Shown here: piece by piece, positions 18,477-27,820 of the stretch
Layout: every line of letters starts with the position of its first letter
How positions within the stretch are numbered: the stretch's first letter is position 1
DNA from: Bdellovibrio sp.
GTDB lineage: Bacteria; Bdellovibrionota; Bdellovibrionia; Bdellovibrionales; Bdellovibrionaceae
Assembly (NCBI GenBank): GCA_046318155.1
Contig: JBKCUU010000070.1
Location: 1 to 28,779 of the forward strand
Direction: 5' to 3'
Length of the DNA: 28,779 nucleotides
Position numbers and translations under genes: made by a program
The notes under the pieces: generated by a model
What the model saw: only the letters and a program-made list of their open reading frames with translations
The model's database searches: none
Told to the model about the DNA's origin: nothing

Positions 18477-19466
18477 TCAACTGGCAGCGGGGGCCTGGTC
18501 GGGAGTTCCTTGACCAGGATCGCCAGGAGCTATTTCAATATGACGGACGCAGTTTTTTCCGGCCCGTTTGGCCTCATAGAGAGCATTATCGGCTAAGCGA
18601 ACCAAAGACCTTGCGTCCGTGCCTATATCGCCAATTGCCGTAATGGCAAAGCCCAAGGAGGCCGTCAGATGGATTTCATCAGGCCCATTTTTAAAGTGTT
18701 TCGTTGCAATGGCTTTGCGCAGGCGCTCACAAAAGATTTGCGCGCCCTCTTTGCTCAGCTCAGTGAGCACGATCAAGAATTCATCGCCGCCGTAGCGGGC
18801 GCCGATATCAATGTTTCGAATATTCTTGCGAACGATGGCACCGACTTCGGTCAAAACGAACGAACCAAAAAGGTGATCATGGCCATCATTGACGGATTTA
18901 AAGAAGTCCATGTCCATCATGACCACGGCGACTTGCCGGTTAAACCGGCGGGCCCGTTCGAGCTCAAAATCCAAGCGCTGATAAACCGAGCGCATATTGA
19001 AGAGTCCGGTCAGATCATCGATATCGACCAGTTCTTTGAGCTTTTCGTTGGCCTCTCGAAGTTGGTCGTTCAAATCCTTAATTCGCAACTGCGTGCGAAC
19101 GCGAGCCAGCATTTCAAGCGGGTCAAAAGGTTTGACGATGTAGTCGTCAGCGCCAACATCCAAGCCCTCAATGACCGCTTCGGTGCTGCTGTTTCCCGAT
19201 ATAAAAACGACCGACACGTAGCGCTCGGCTTGGCGCAAATCACGCAGGGTCTCGGTGCCGTTCATTCCAGGCATATTCACATCTAAAACGATCAGATCAA
19301 ATTTTTCATTTCTTAAAAATTCGAGAGCCTGACCACCGCTGATCGCGGTGGTAATCTTGTAGCCCTCCCACCGAAGTGCTTCTGAGATGATCTCCAGACT
19401 ATCTGGATCATCATCGACGACTAAAATTTTTCGATCTGCTGCTGTGATCGAGCTCTCTTCGTTCAA
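18477..19466 (-). CDS. Response-regulator diguanylate cyclase (REC-GGDEF)
   Basis: Receiver motifs ILVVDDD, VLDVNMP, YIVKPF; DDLTGLFN, DMDFFKSVNDGHDH, I-site RNID and RYGGDEF. Likely TTG start at 19466 after GGGGAG. Confidence 0.93.
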   Translation of the reverse strand: MNEESSITAADRKILVVDDDPDSLEIISEALRWEGYKITTAISGGQALEFLRNEKFDLIVLDVNMPGMNGTETLRDLRQAERYVSVVFISGNSSTEAVIEGLDVGADDYIVKPFDPLEMLARVRTQLRIKDLNDQLREANEKLKELVDIDDLTGLFNMRSVYQRLDFELERARRFNRQVAVVMMDMDFFKSVNDGHDHLFGSFVLTEVGAIVRKNIRNIDIGARYGGDEFLIVLTELSKEGAQIFCERLRKAIATKHFKNGPDEIHLTASLGFAITAIGDIGTDARSLVRLADNALYEAKRAGKNCVRHIEIAPGDPGQGTPDQAPAAS

Positions 19467-19632
19467 ACCAATCTCCCCTGCTTCTTTATTCAGTCTAATG
19501 CAGCATTGCTGGAGACAAGAGTCCCGGTCGTTCATTCTGTGCCGAGGTCCTGCTCGGAACCCCTTATTTTCCACAATTTTTCTGGACTTTGATTTTGAAC
19601 TTGAACATAACCGTCAGTGCTTCAGCCAACCA

Positions 19633-19674
19633 GCCGCTCAAAGCGGCACGACCTACAGGCCGCCCAAGGCGGCC
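19633..19674 (+). promoter_or_regulatory. Tandem palindromes/hairpins in the speA leader
   Basis: GCCGCT-CAA-AGCGGC (19633-19647) and GCCGCC-CAA-GGCGGC (19659-19673), just upstream of the TAAGGAG RBS. Confidence 0.55.
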
Positions 19675-19697
19675 CAAACTAAGGAGAGTCAAAGACG

Positions 19698-21635
19698 ATG
19701 GAAAATCCGAGCCCTGAGCTGGTTCCAACTGGATGGTCGACAGACAAAAGTTCTGAGATGTACGGAATCAACAACTGGGGACACGGCTACTTCCGCGTCG
19801 GACAAAACGGAAACGTGCTCATTACGCCTTCCGGAAAAGCGTCCAGCCCCAGTGTCGACTTGCTCGAGTTAACCCAAGACTTGATGGACCGCGGAATCCG
19901 CGTTCCCATCATGATCCGCTTCCCCGATATTTTGAAAGCACGCGTTGACCTGATCAACAACTGTTTTGCCAAAGCCATTCAAGAACACAGCTACAAAGGC
20001 CACTACAACGGCGTTTACCCCATTAAGGTCAACCAGCAACGTCACCTGGTCGAAGAACTCGTCAAACACGGTAAAAATCACCGCATGGGCCTTGAGGCCG
20101 GCTCTAAACCAGAACTCTTGGTCGTTCTCGCTTTGATGAACACTCAAGACGCGGTCATTATCTGCAACGGCTTTAAAGATTCTGAGTACATCGAAACGGC
20201 TTTGCTCTCGCAAAAGCTGGGTCGCCACACGATTATCGTTGTCGACCGCTTCGAAGAGATTCACCTCATTGTTGAAGCCTCAAAAAAACTGGGAATTCGG
20301 CCGAACATCGGCTTTCGCGTTAAATTGAACACCCTAGGTGCGGGCATGTGGGTTGACAGCTCGGGCGCTCGCTCAAAATTTGGTCTCACGACTGTTGAGC
20401 TGGTTGAGGGTCTTGAGATTCTGAAGAAGCACAATATGATGGACTGCCTCGAGCTGATCCACTTTCACATCGGTTCACAAATTCCCATTATTCAAAACAT
20501 CAAATCCTCGCTCAAAGAAGGCGTCCGCTTCTTTACTGAAGTGTACCGCATGGGCGCCACCAGCCTTAAATACATCGACGTGGGCGGCGGTCTGGGTGTG
20601 GATTACGACGGAACTGGCAATTCAGACTCATCGATGAATTACAGCGCGCAAGAGTATGCCAATGACGTCGTTTCGGCGCTGCAGTCGTTGTGCGATGAAA
20701 AAGGTGTCCCTCATCCAAATATCGTAACCGAGTCGGGCCGCTTCTTAACGGCGCATCACTCGATCTTGATATTCAACGTGACCGGGACCAACGATTTGCT
20801 TCGTCACGAGCCTCCCCGCTTGGCGACCAAAACGGATCATCCTTTGCTGCAAGATCTTCAGTACATTTACGAGAAGATCAATCCCAGCAATATCAACGAG
20901 TGCTTCAATGACTTGCAACAGTCCAAGCAAGAGACTTTGCAGCTCTTTACTTACGGGGTTTTGGGTATCGAGCAGCGCGCTTGGGCCGAGTCGATGTACT
21001 TTGCGATCGCAACAAAAATGATCAAGCTCGCCAAAACTCTTGAAGATGGTGAAGCCATTGTCGAGCAATTGTCGGATGAGTTGTGCGATACTTACTTTTG
21101 CAATTTTTCGGTGTTTCAGTCGATCCCAGATTCTTGGGCCGTGGGGCAGTTGTTTCCCGTCATGCCGATCCACCGACTCAAAGAACAGCCAATGGTCCAA
21201 GCGACACTGGCTGATTTGACTTGTGACTCAGATGGTAAGCTCGAGAAGTTTATCGACTGTGAAACCGGCAAGACCAAAAAGACCTTGCAAGTTCACACCA
21301 TCAAAAAGTCGGAGCCCTATTACCTGGGCGTCTTTTTGACGGGCGCCTACCAAGAGATTTTGGGCGATTTGCACAACTTGTTTGGTGATACCGATGCCGT
21401 GCACGTCTCGGTCACCGAGTCTGGCTACACGCTTGATCACTACGTTCCGGGCGACACCGTCACTGAAGTCTTAAGCTACGTGCAGTACCGTCACCACGCG
21501 ATGGTCGAAAGCATCCGTCAGGCCGCCGAAGATGCCATTCAGCGCGGAAGCTTGTCGAAGCAAGAAGCCAAGCTTTTGATCAAATTTTATGAAGAGGGTC
21601 TTTCGGGCTATACTTATCTCGAAGATCCCGAGTAA
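19698..21635 (+). CDS. speA: Biosynthetic arginine decarboxylase
   Basis: YGINNWGHGYF, VYPIKVNQ (PLP lysine), GLEAGSKPEL, HFHIGSQ, DVGGGLGVDYDG, ESGR, TCDSDG and GAYQEILGDLHNLFG motifs. Confidence 0.98.
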   Translation: MENPSPELVPTGWSTDKSSEMYGINNWGHGYFRVGQNGNVLITPSGKASSPSVDLLELTQDLMDRGIRVPIMIRFPDILKARVDLINNCFAKAIQEHSYKGHYNGVYPIKVNQQRHLVEELVKHGKNHRMGLEAGSKPELLVVLALMNTQDAVIICNGFKDSEYIETALLSQKLGRHTIIVVDRFEEIHLIVEASKKLGIRPNIGFRVKLNTLGAGMWVDSSGARSKFGLTTVELVEGLEILKKHNMMDCLELIHFHIGSQIPIIQNIKSSLKEGVRFFTEVYRMGATSLKYIDVGGGLGVDYDGTGNSDSSMNYSAQEYANDVVSALQSLCDEKGVPHPNIVTESGRFLTAHHSILIFNVTGTNDLLRHEPPRLATKTDHPLLQDLQYIYEKINPSNINECFNDLQQSKQETLQLFTYGVLGIEQRAWAESMYFAIATKMIKLAKTLEDGEAIVEQLSDELCDTYFCNFSVFQSIPDSWAVGQLFPVMPIHRLKEQPMVQATLADLTCDSDGKLEKFIDCETGKTKKTLQVHTIKKSEPYYLGVFLTGAYQEILGDLHNLFGDTDAVHVSVTESGYTLDHYVPGDTVTEVLSYVQYRHHAMVESIRQAAEDAIQRGSLSKQEAKLLIKFYEEGLSGYTYLEDPE

Positions 21636-21659
21636 TCTTTAGGATCAGCAGTTCAAAAC

Positions 21660-21696
21660 AAAAACGGCACTCCTTCCGGGTGCCGTTTTTATTTTG
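21660..21696. terminator. Bidirectional rho-independent terminator
   Basis: AAAAACGGCAC-tccttccgg-GTGCCGTTTTT between convergent genes, with A and T tracts flanking. Confidence 0.85.
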
Positions 21697-21722
21697 TGTC
21701 ATCTATAATCTAAGGACACAAA

Positions 21723-22256
21723 TTAGCGGATTGAAACTTCGCCGTCAAATTTGAAGGAGAAGGGCTGCGTGATGACAGTTGATTTCGTCCCCTTGCCATC
21801 GCGGTAAGTTCCGTAAAACAAAATTTCGCCTGTGCCCGATGCAGGAACACGACTATCCGTCAGACTGATACCGCCAACTTCAACAAAGCAACTGCTCGCG
21901 GTTGAGAGTGTCGAGTGGGGTGCCACGCGAACAACGCCGGGCTTACCCATCCACATGTAAGCCAGATCAAGACCTGAATAGATTCTAGTAAAGCGTTGAC
22001 CAGAGAGATCGTTGCTCATCAACGAAATTTTCATGTATTCCATGCGAAACTCTTGATCGCCGTCCCATTGCAAATCAATCGTACCCAACATCATCTTCAC
22101 GGCATCCACGTCGTTAAAACCAGTCGGGTCTTGAATCTGCTGGCGGCAAGACATGCCTTCAGCGTCGAGCAAGATGTAATCAGGGTAGGTTGTTTGCGCC
22201 TGAACAAATCCAGAAACTAAAACGCCTAACAGGGTCGCGCACAATGCTTTCATCAT
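21723..22256 (-). CDS. Secreted hypothetical protein
   Basis: AAGGAG RBS; signal peptide MMKALCATLLGVLVSGFVQA; beta-rich mature part with two Cys. Confidence 0.75.
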   Translation of the reverse strand: MMKALCATLLGVLVSGFVQAQTTYPDYILLDAEGMSCRQQIQDPTGFNDVDAVKMMLGTIDLQWDGDQEFRMEYMKISLMSNDLSGQRFTRIYSGLDLAYMWMGKPGVVRVAPHSTLSTASSCFVEVGGISLTDSRVPASGTGEILFYGTYRDGKGTKSTVITQPFSFKFDGEVSIR

Positions 22257-22368
22257 TACTCCTTCGAAGGATGGCCCCGCCCGAGGCCGTCAAGGTTTCC
22301 TGGTGATGAAAAGCTTAGGGGATCTCGAGGGAGGGGCAACTAAAAAATCTTCTGGTTTGGCTCACGCG

Positions 22369-23637
22369 TCACCAGCTTGGTGGATTCACTCCAGGCGGCA
22401 AAAAGAAGACGCCGACCTCAAACATCATATCGATAGTCGAGGCGGCCGTTTTGCGAAGATCGCGGCCTTGTGGGGCGCCATTATCGACGATGTAGCGGCC
22501 ATCTTCTCCAGCCGAGATAAAAGTGTGCCCAGGCGTGTACCCTGCACCGTGCATCATGAAGGCCCCCGTGATCGGGCGGTACTTGGTCGCATCCCAAGGC
22601 ACCCATCCCGCCTTGTACAGCGCCATCGAAAAATTGACGACGGCAGCGGTGCTTGACCAAATCACTTCGTTGCCTTTGGTTTTATTGAAATCTTCGGTCA
22701 GACGGTAGCCGGCACGCTGGTAAGCTTGGCGCAAGAGTTCGCTCTGAAATTCGGCACACGGGACATTCGCAAATCCATGCCGAACGGCCGTGGCGTTAAC
22801 AGCAATTGTCCAAGCACCGATCGGCGAGATCATGCCGGTTTCTTCAAAGTTGATTGAGGCTTGCGTGGCTCCGGCTTGATCCATCATGAGGTAAGACTTT
22901 TTGGTTTCGACCGTTCGATCCGCCGCTTTTTTGAGTTCCTCGTAGAGACGCTGGTACTTTGTGCGATCGGCCTTTGACAGACTTGCCGGGTCGATGGCTT
23001 TATTGATGCGCTCACCAAAACGTTTTGTTGCAGACCGGGTGTAGCTGTACTTCGGTTTGCCATTTGAATTAAAGTTCGCCATAAATCCAGCGCCATCAGT
23101 CGATGCCTTAAGCGCCGCAAAATTGCCAGCGGTGCCCTCAAGGTTGCCGACAATCGCCGCGCCGACGAAAAGGCCGCCGCCCGTCTTGTTCAACTCGCTT
23201 ATCCGTGACGCTGAAAAAATGATCTCGAAATCCTTCGGAACCGAGATCAACGTGATGGGCGTGACAAAGCCCGTACTCGAACGCTCGAGCGCGCCGCTAC
23301 TGTTTCTAAAATCAAGATGCCTGACTTGGTAAGAACTGGGGACTTCAAGCTGGGTGCCTGCTGGGAGTTCAGCTTTGAGCTCGAGCACGCCATTTTTCTC
23401 ATAGCGCACATTCATCGCCTGGCTGAGTAAGATTTTTTGTACGCCCGATGCGGGGTCACGATCCCCGCCCGGAATTTCGGTTGCTGTCTCATCGCCGGTT
23501 TCATCAATCGCAGGCAACTCTTGTATCTTCGAGCAAGAAACGCTGAAGAGTGCGATGAGCAAGAAAACTGAAACAAATTTCGAAGATTGGCGCGATGTCT
23601 GACCCAAACTTGGCGGTTTGCGAAGATGTCCACCCAT
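22369..23637 (-). CDS. Putative lipoprotein with C-terminal Cys-His (NlpC/P60 or CHAP-like) domain
   Basis: GGAGG RBS; hydrophobic signal ending FSVSC; RDPAS; C-terminal PCAEFQSELL ... PGHTFIS ... IVDN. Confidence 0.7.
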   Translation of the reverse strand: MGGHLRKPPSLGQTSRQSSKFVSVFLLIALFSVSCSKIQELPAIDETGDETATEIPGGDRDPASGVQKILLSQAMNVRYEKNGVLELKAELPAGTQLEVPSSYQVRHLDFRNSSGALERSSTGFVTPITLISVPKDFEIIFSASRISELNKTGGGLFVGAAIVGNLEGTAGNFAALKASTDGAGFMANFNSNGKPKYSYTRSATKRFGERINKAIDPASLSKADRTKYQRLYEELKKAADRTVETKKSYLMMDQAGATQASINFEETGMISPIGAWTIAVNATAVRHGFANVPCAEFQSELLRQAYQRAGYRLTEDFNKTKGNEVIWSSTAAVVNFSMALYKAGWVPWDATKYRPITGAFMMHGAGYTPGHTFISAGEDGRYIVDNGAPQGRDLRKTAASTIDMMFEVGVFFLPPGVNPPSW

Positions 23638-23824
23638 AGACTCAGGCCTCCTGCTGGGTGAACTCCATGAATGGAAATTGACGCAGTTCGCTCAGCTTAC
23701 AAGCTGATCGGCAGGTCTTTCAGAGCGCATTAATGTCTTCGGGAGTGTCGAAAATCTAGCGATCGCTATTTTTTAGAAATGGCATTTCCCGTCAATACTT
23801 TAGGCAAAAAACAGGCTTTTGAAA

Positions 23825-24841
23825 CTAGGATTTCGAATCGTAAGCATCACGGATAGCAATGCCGATATTAATCAAGGCGGTCATCGTAATAACGATCGAA
23901 ATCGCGGGCGCCCAGACCAACCACTCGGCGGTTGTGATGTACTTTTGCGATTGTGAAATGAGCTCTCCCCAACTGGGTGTCGGAGCCGCGAGCCCAAGTC
24001 CAAGATAATCTAAAACCGTCAACCCATAGATGTTGGCGGCGATCGCGAAGGGCGAAAACGTGACCAAGGGCGTGAGCGCGTTCGGCAAGATGTGCGAAAG
24101 AGCGATGCGCGTGTGACTTGCGCCCAAAGCGCGCGCGGCCTCGACGAAGTCACGTTTGCGAAGTTGCAAGAATTGCGCGCGCATGTGGTGAAAGATCGAA
24201 GTCCATTCGAAGATCACGGTAAAGACGATCAGCCAGATCAAATTCGGCGCAAAAATCGAAATGATCGTAATGAGCAAAAGCGTTCGCGGCATCTGCTCAA
24301 TAACTTCGACGACTCGGCTTCCGAGTAAATCTGTCGTCCCGCCAAAATAGCCAAGAGCCGCACCGATGATCGACCCGGTGATATAAGCCAAGAGCCACAC
24401 GCCAACCGCATAAATGATGGTATAACGAAACCCGTACAGCAAGCGCGACAAGACATCGCGGCCTCGATCATCGGTCCCAATCCAGTTCAATTTTGAGGGC
24501 GGTGCCGGGTACGATTCAACAAACGAATTGCTCTCGAACGGATCCCACTGAATCAAGGGCCACGCGGCCCAATCATCTGGCCCAAATTCAAGCGAACGGT
24601 AATCCATCACAAAGATGTCTTCACGGCCAAATTCAGAGGGGTGATAATCTTTAAGGATCGGAACATAGATCGACCCGTGGTGTTTCATGAGAATGGGTTT
24701 GTTGTTCGACCAAAACTCGGCGGTAAAGCTAAAAAAGAAAATAACGATCAAGACCCACGCCGAAATGATGGCTGATTTGCTTCGCTTGAAGCGTCTCCAT
24801 CTCTTTAGACTCAATTCGTTTTTCAGGCGTTTTTCGATCAT
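23825..24841 (-). CDS. Peptide ABC permease, YejE/OppC-like
   Basis: WRRFKR, AEFWSNNKP (YejE-type), IGTDDRGRDVLSRLLYGFR, EAARALGAS and PTPSWGEL motifs. Confidence 0.93.
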   Translation of the reverse strand: MIEKRLKNELSLKRWRRFKRSKSAIISAWVLIVIFFFSFTAEFWSNNKPILMKHHGSIYVPILKDYHPSEFGREDIFVMDYRSLEFGPDDWAAWPLIQWDPFESNSFVESYPAPPSKLNWIGTDDRGRDVLSRLLYGFRYTIIYAVGVWLLAYITGSIIGAALGYFGGTTDLLGSRVVEVIEQMPRTLLLITIISIFAPNLIWLIVFTVIFEWTSIFHHMRAQFLQLRKRDFVEAARALGASHTRIALSHILPNALTPLVTFSPFAIAANIYGLTVLDYLGLGLAAPTPSWGELISQSQKYITTAEWLVWAPAISIVITMTALINIGIAIRDAYDSKS

Positions 24842-25866
24842 TTGAAGTCGATCCTCGGGTCAATCAACACGTAGGTGATATCGCTGAGCAAGCGCCCGAA
24901 CATCAAAGTGACCGCATTAAAAAAGATCAAACCCATAATGACATTGTAGTCGCGGGCCAAAATCGAGGTGTAGCCTAGGCGCCCAAGACCATCGAGCTGA
25001 AAGACATTCTCGATAATCAAAGAGCCCGCCAAGAAGACTTGCAAAAAGCCGCCAAGATTAACGGCGACCGGGATCAACGCATTTCGCATGGCGTGTTTGT
25101 AAAGAACCACGCGCTCGTCCAAACCCTTGGCGCGTGCCGTTCGAACGTAATCCTGGCGAATCACATCCAAGAGAGAGTTTCGCATCAAGACTGTGAGCTC
25201 GGCAAAACCACCAATCAAATAACAGATCAAAGGCAAAACAAAGTGATGGGCCCGGTTCATGATCTGACCCCAGGTGGTCAGACTATCGTAGTCATCAGAT
25301 CTTAAAAGTCCGGTCGGAAACCAACTAAAATAAGATCCACCCGCAAAGAACGTAATCAAAAACACGCCCAAGACGAGCGGCGGGATTGCGTACGCGAGGT
25401 ACAGCATGATGCCCGAGGCCGCATCAAAAAACGAGCCGGCCCTAACAGCCTTAGCCATCCCCAGAGGGATACAAATCAGATAGGTAAAAAACAGAGACGC
25501 GATTCCGAACTGAAGTGAGACCGGAAACTTACTGATAATGACATCGATGACCGGCTCTTCATAGGTGAAGCTCTCACCAAAATCCAAGCGGGACAAATTT
25601 TTGAGCCAAATCCAGTAGCGCTCATGAATGGGCTTATCAAAGCCGTACTGCTTCTTCATGGCCTGAATGACATCTTCACTCATGCCGACGGTGCCACGAT
25701 CAGCGCCGCCGCCACCGCGGTCGCCTTGAGCACCGAAGCGGATCGCCTGCAATTTTTGCTCAATGGGCGACCCTGGCGCCAAGTTGATAATGACAAACGC
25801 GATCAACGTGATTCCAAAAAAAGTCGGAATCAGCAAAATAAGTCGGCGAAAAATAAAAGCCAGCAA
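24838..25866 (-). CDS. Peptide ABC permease, YejB/OppB-like
   Basis: RRLILLIPTFFGI, YGFDKP, DFGESF, YVRTARAKGL, HAMRNALIP and DPRIDF motifs. Confidence 0.93.
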   Translation of the reverse strand: MLAFIFRRLILLIPTFFGITLIAFVIINLAPGSPIEQKLQAIRFGAQGDRGGGGADRGTVGMSEDVIQAMKKQYGFDKPIHERYWIWLKNLSRLDFGESFTYEEPVIDVIISKFPVSLQFGIASLFFTYLICIPLGMAKAVRAGSFFDAASGIMLYLAYAIPPLVLGVFLITFFAGGSYFSWFPTGLLRSDDYDSLTTWGQIMNRAHHFVLPLICYLIGGFAELTVLMRNSLLDVIRQDYVRTARAKGLDERVVLYKHAMRNALIPVAVNLGGFLQVFLAGSLIIENVFQLDGLGRLGYTSILARDYNVIMGLIFFNAVTLMFGRLLSDITYVLIDPRIDFK

Positions 25867-25924
25867 CTAAAAACCCTCAGTCCATTCAAAAACAAATTCG
25901 AAACAGTCTCAGATCATATTAACA

Positions 25925-25995
25925 GGGGAAGCCCCAGGGCAAAGAAAGCTGCCAAAGCAGCTTTCCTTAAGCAAAAGACGCCCCTAGGGCGTCTT
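25925..25995 (-). other. Intercistronic hairpin cluster after the substrate-binding protein gene
   Basis: AAGACGCCC-cta-GGGCGTCTT (25975-25995), GAAAGCTGC-caaa-GCAGCTTTC (25944-25965), GGGG-aag-CCCC (25925-25935). Confidence 0.6.
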
Positions 25996-27615
25996 GGTCC
26001 ACCAGTAGAAGTGACCGACATCGTATTGAAACGAGTCTGCGGGCTTCGCGACTTTGTTCGACGTCGCATAGAAAGCGAACTTGTCATTAAACAACCATGC
26101 GTAAGGAGCGTCTTCAGCAATCAACTCATAAACGCGGTGAAGCTTTTCCATGCGTTTTTTCTTATTGGGGTCCATGCGGGCCTGGTCGATGAGCTTGTCC
26201 ACTTCTTGATTTTTGTAGGCGATAAAGTTCGACCCACCAGGGATGGCGTTCGACGAATGCCAGATCTGCTTAGGATCCCACTCAAAAGTTCCAGACCAAG
26301 CCAAGGCGGCGGCGTCAAAGTTGCCTTCATCCAAGAGCTTCAAGAAGGAGTTCCACTCAAGGTATTTCAGATCAAGCTCAACGCCCGCTTTTTTGAGGTC
26401 TTCTTTGTAAAGCGTGAAGTATTTTTCGACTTCTTTATTGGCATAGATCAACGAAAAGCGAAGATCGGTTTTTTTGCCTTTGATCACCTTATCCAAGACG
26501 CCGTCTTTGTCTGAATCTTTCCAGCCGGCCTTGGACAGCAGTTCGCTGCCTTTTTTAAGGTCGAACAAGAAGGGCTTCACTTTTTTAGACGCATATTCAG
26601 ACAACGCGTAGGTCGGGCCTGTCGCTAAATCCGACATTCCGTAGCGAAACTTGCGGTTCATTTCTTCGCGGTTCATCAAGTGAGCCAAAGCGATGCGCAC
26701 ATTCTTATCTTGAAACATGTCACGGCGAAAGTTCCAGCCAATGAAGCCGTATGACTTGGGCGATTTGTTCTCAACTTTTGTTTTGAAAACAGATTTGCCC
26801 CAAGGCGCGCCCTCTGCTTTTTTCACGTAGTACTCAGCTGTAAGCTCTTCGAAATCGAGCTCGCCTTTTTTTACCATCTCGAAAGAGACCGCGTCTTCTT
26901 TAACAAAACGCAGAGTGATGGTTTTAAAGTTAAAAGCACCTTTCCACTCAGGTGTGTTGAAGCCGTACCATTTGTCGTTACGTTTCAAGACGATGCGCTG
27001 ACCTTTTTCGAATTTCTCGAGAATGTAGGGACCCGAACCCATCAAGGTTTTAGATAATTTTTTTGATTTCTCAACATCACCGTAGACGTGCTTGGGAATG
27101 ATGGTCATCTCAACCATCGAGATGAAGTTTTGAAAGTACGAGTCTTTCGTGTGAAACTTCACAGTAAAAGGGTCAATGATTTCAACTTTGGCGATACCTT
27201 CAAAATAAGGCTGCACGTGAACCGCTTTGTAAGCAGGCTCAAAAATCGCGTCAAAGCTAAATTTCACGTCTTCAGCCGTGACGGGTTTGCCATCATGGAA
27301 GGTCGCATCTTTGCGCAAAGTGAAGGTGTAAACTTTTTGATCCTTAGAAATGTCCCATTTTTCGGCCAACCGGGGTTGAAACTCATTGGTCTCAGGGTTG
27401 CGCTTTGCCAAAGTATCCATCACATATTGCTGAATGCGGTCAGCATAGAGGTCTGTCGAAGTGACCGGGTGAATCGTAGGGGGCTCACCGCCCAAGTTGC
27501 GGGTGAAAGTTCCACCAACAGGTGCACTCGGATTCAGAGCCACGGCCCCTGCCGTCTCGACCGTCAGAACCAGCGACATCAAAGCACCAAACCAGATCCA
27601 TGCATTCAACTTCAT
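25984..27615 (-). CDS. Peptide ABC substrate-binding protein (family 5, OppA/YejA-like)
   Basis: GAGGAGG RBS then ATG 27615; signal peptide; LAEKWDIS, YTFTLRKDATFHDGKPVTAEDVKFS and GSGPY motifs. Confidence 0.95.
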   Translation of the reverse strand: MKLNAWIWFGALMSLVLTVETAGAVALNPSAPVGGTFTRNLGGEPPTIHPVTSTDLYADRIQQYVMDTLAKRNPETNEFQPRLAEKWDISKDQKVYTFTLRKDATFHDGKPVTAEDVKFSFDAIFEPAYKAVHVQPYFEGIAKVEIIDPFTVKFHTKDSYFQNFISMVEMTIIPKHVYGDVEKSKKLSKTLMGSGPYILEKFEKGQRIVLKRNDKWYGFNTPEWKGAFNFKTITLRFVKEDAVSFEMVKKGELDFEELTAEYYVKKAEGAPWGKSVFKTKVENKSPKSYGFIGWNFRRDMFQDKNVRIALAHLMNREEMNRKFRYGMSDLATGPTYALSEYASKKVKPFLFDLKKGSELLSKAGWKDSDKDGVLDKVIKGKKTDLRFSLIYANKEVEKYFTLYKEDLKKAGVELDLKYLEWNSFLKLLDEGNFDAAALAWSGTFEWDPKQIWHSSNAIPGGSNFIAYKNQEVDKLIDQARMDPNKKKRMEKLHRVYELIAEDAPYAWLFNDKFAFYATSNKVAKPADSFQYDVGHFYWWTKTP

Positions 27616-27820
27616 TTGGGAATCCTCCTCAAAGTTATAAGCCGCCACAACATCTGGGCAATGATCATAAAAATCAAGCCATTGGCCACGTGACGCAAAT
27701 TGTAAAGATTGATTGAAGCACAAAAAACAAAGAGCCCAACATCATCCCTGAGAAAAGCCCAAAAGATAAAACAAGAGAAAGACTCAGTAACCCAAAAACA
27801 AAACCACAAAACCCAAATCC

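Noticed and set aside
19633..19674. Guanidine-II (mini-ykkC) riboswitch
   Set aside because: Loops are CAA rather than the required ACGR; the only ACGA is in the linker.
18669..19872. Plus-strand ORFs of 205 and 161 aa
   Set aside because: Antisense to the cyclase or out of frame with speA, and no motifs.
25624..26514. 296-aa plus-strand ORF
   Set aside because: Antisense to the well-supported ABC genes, no recognisable motifs; a shadow ORF like most other short track entries.
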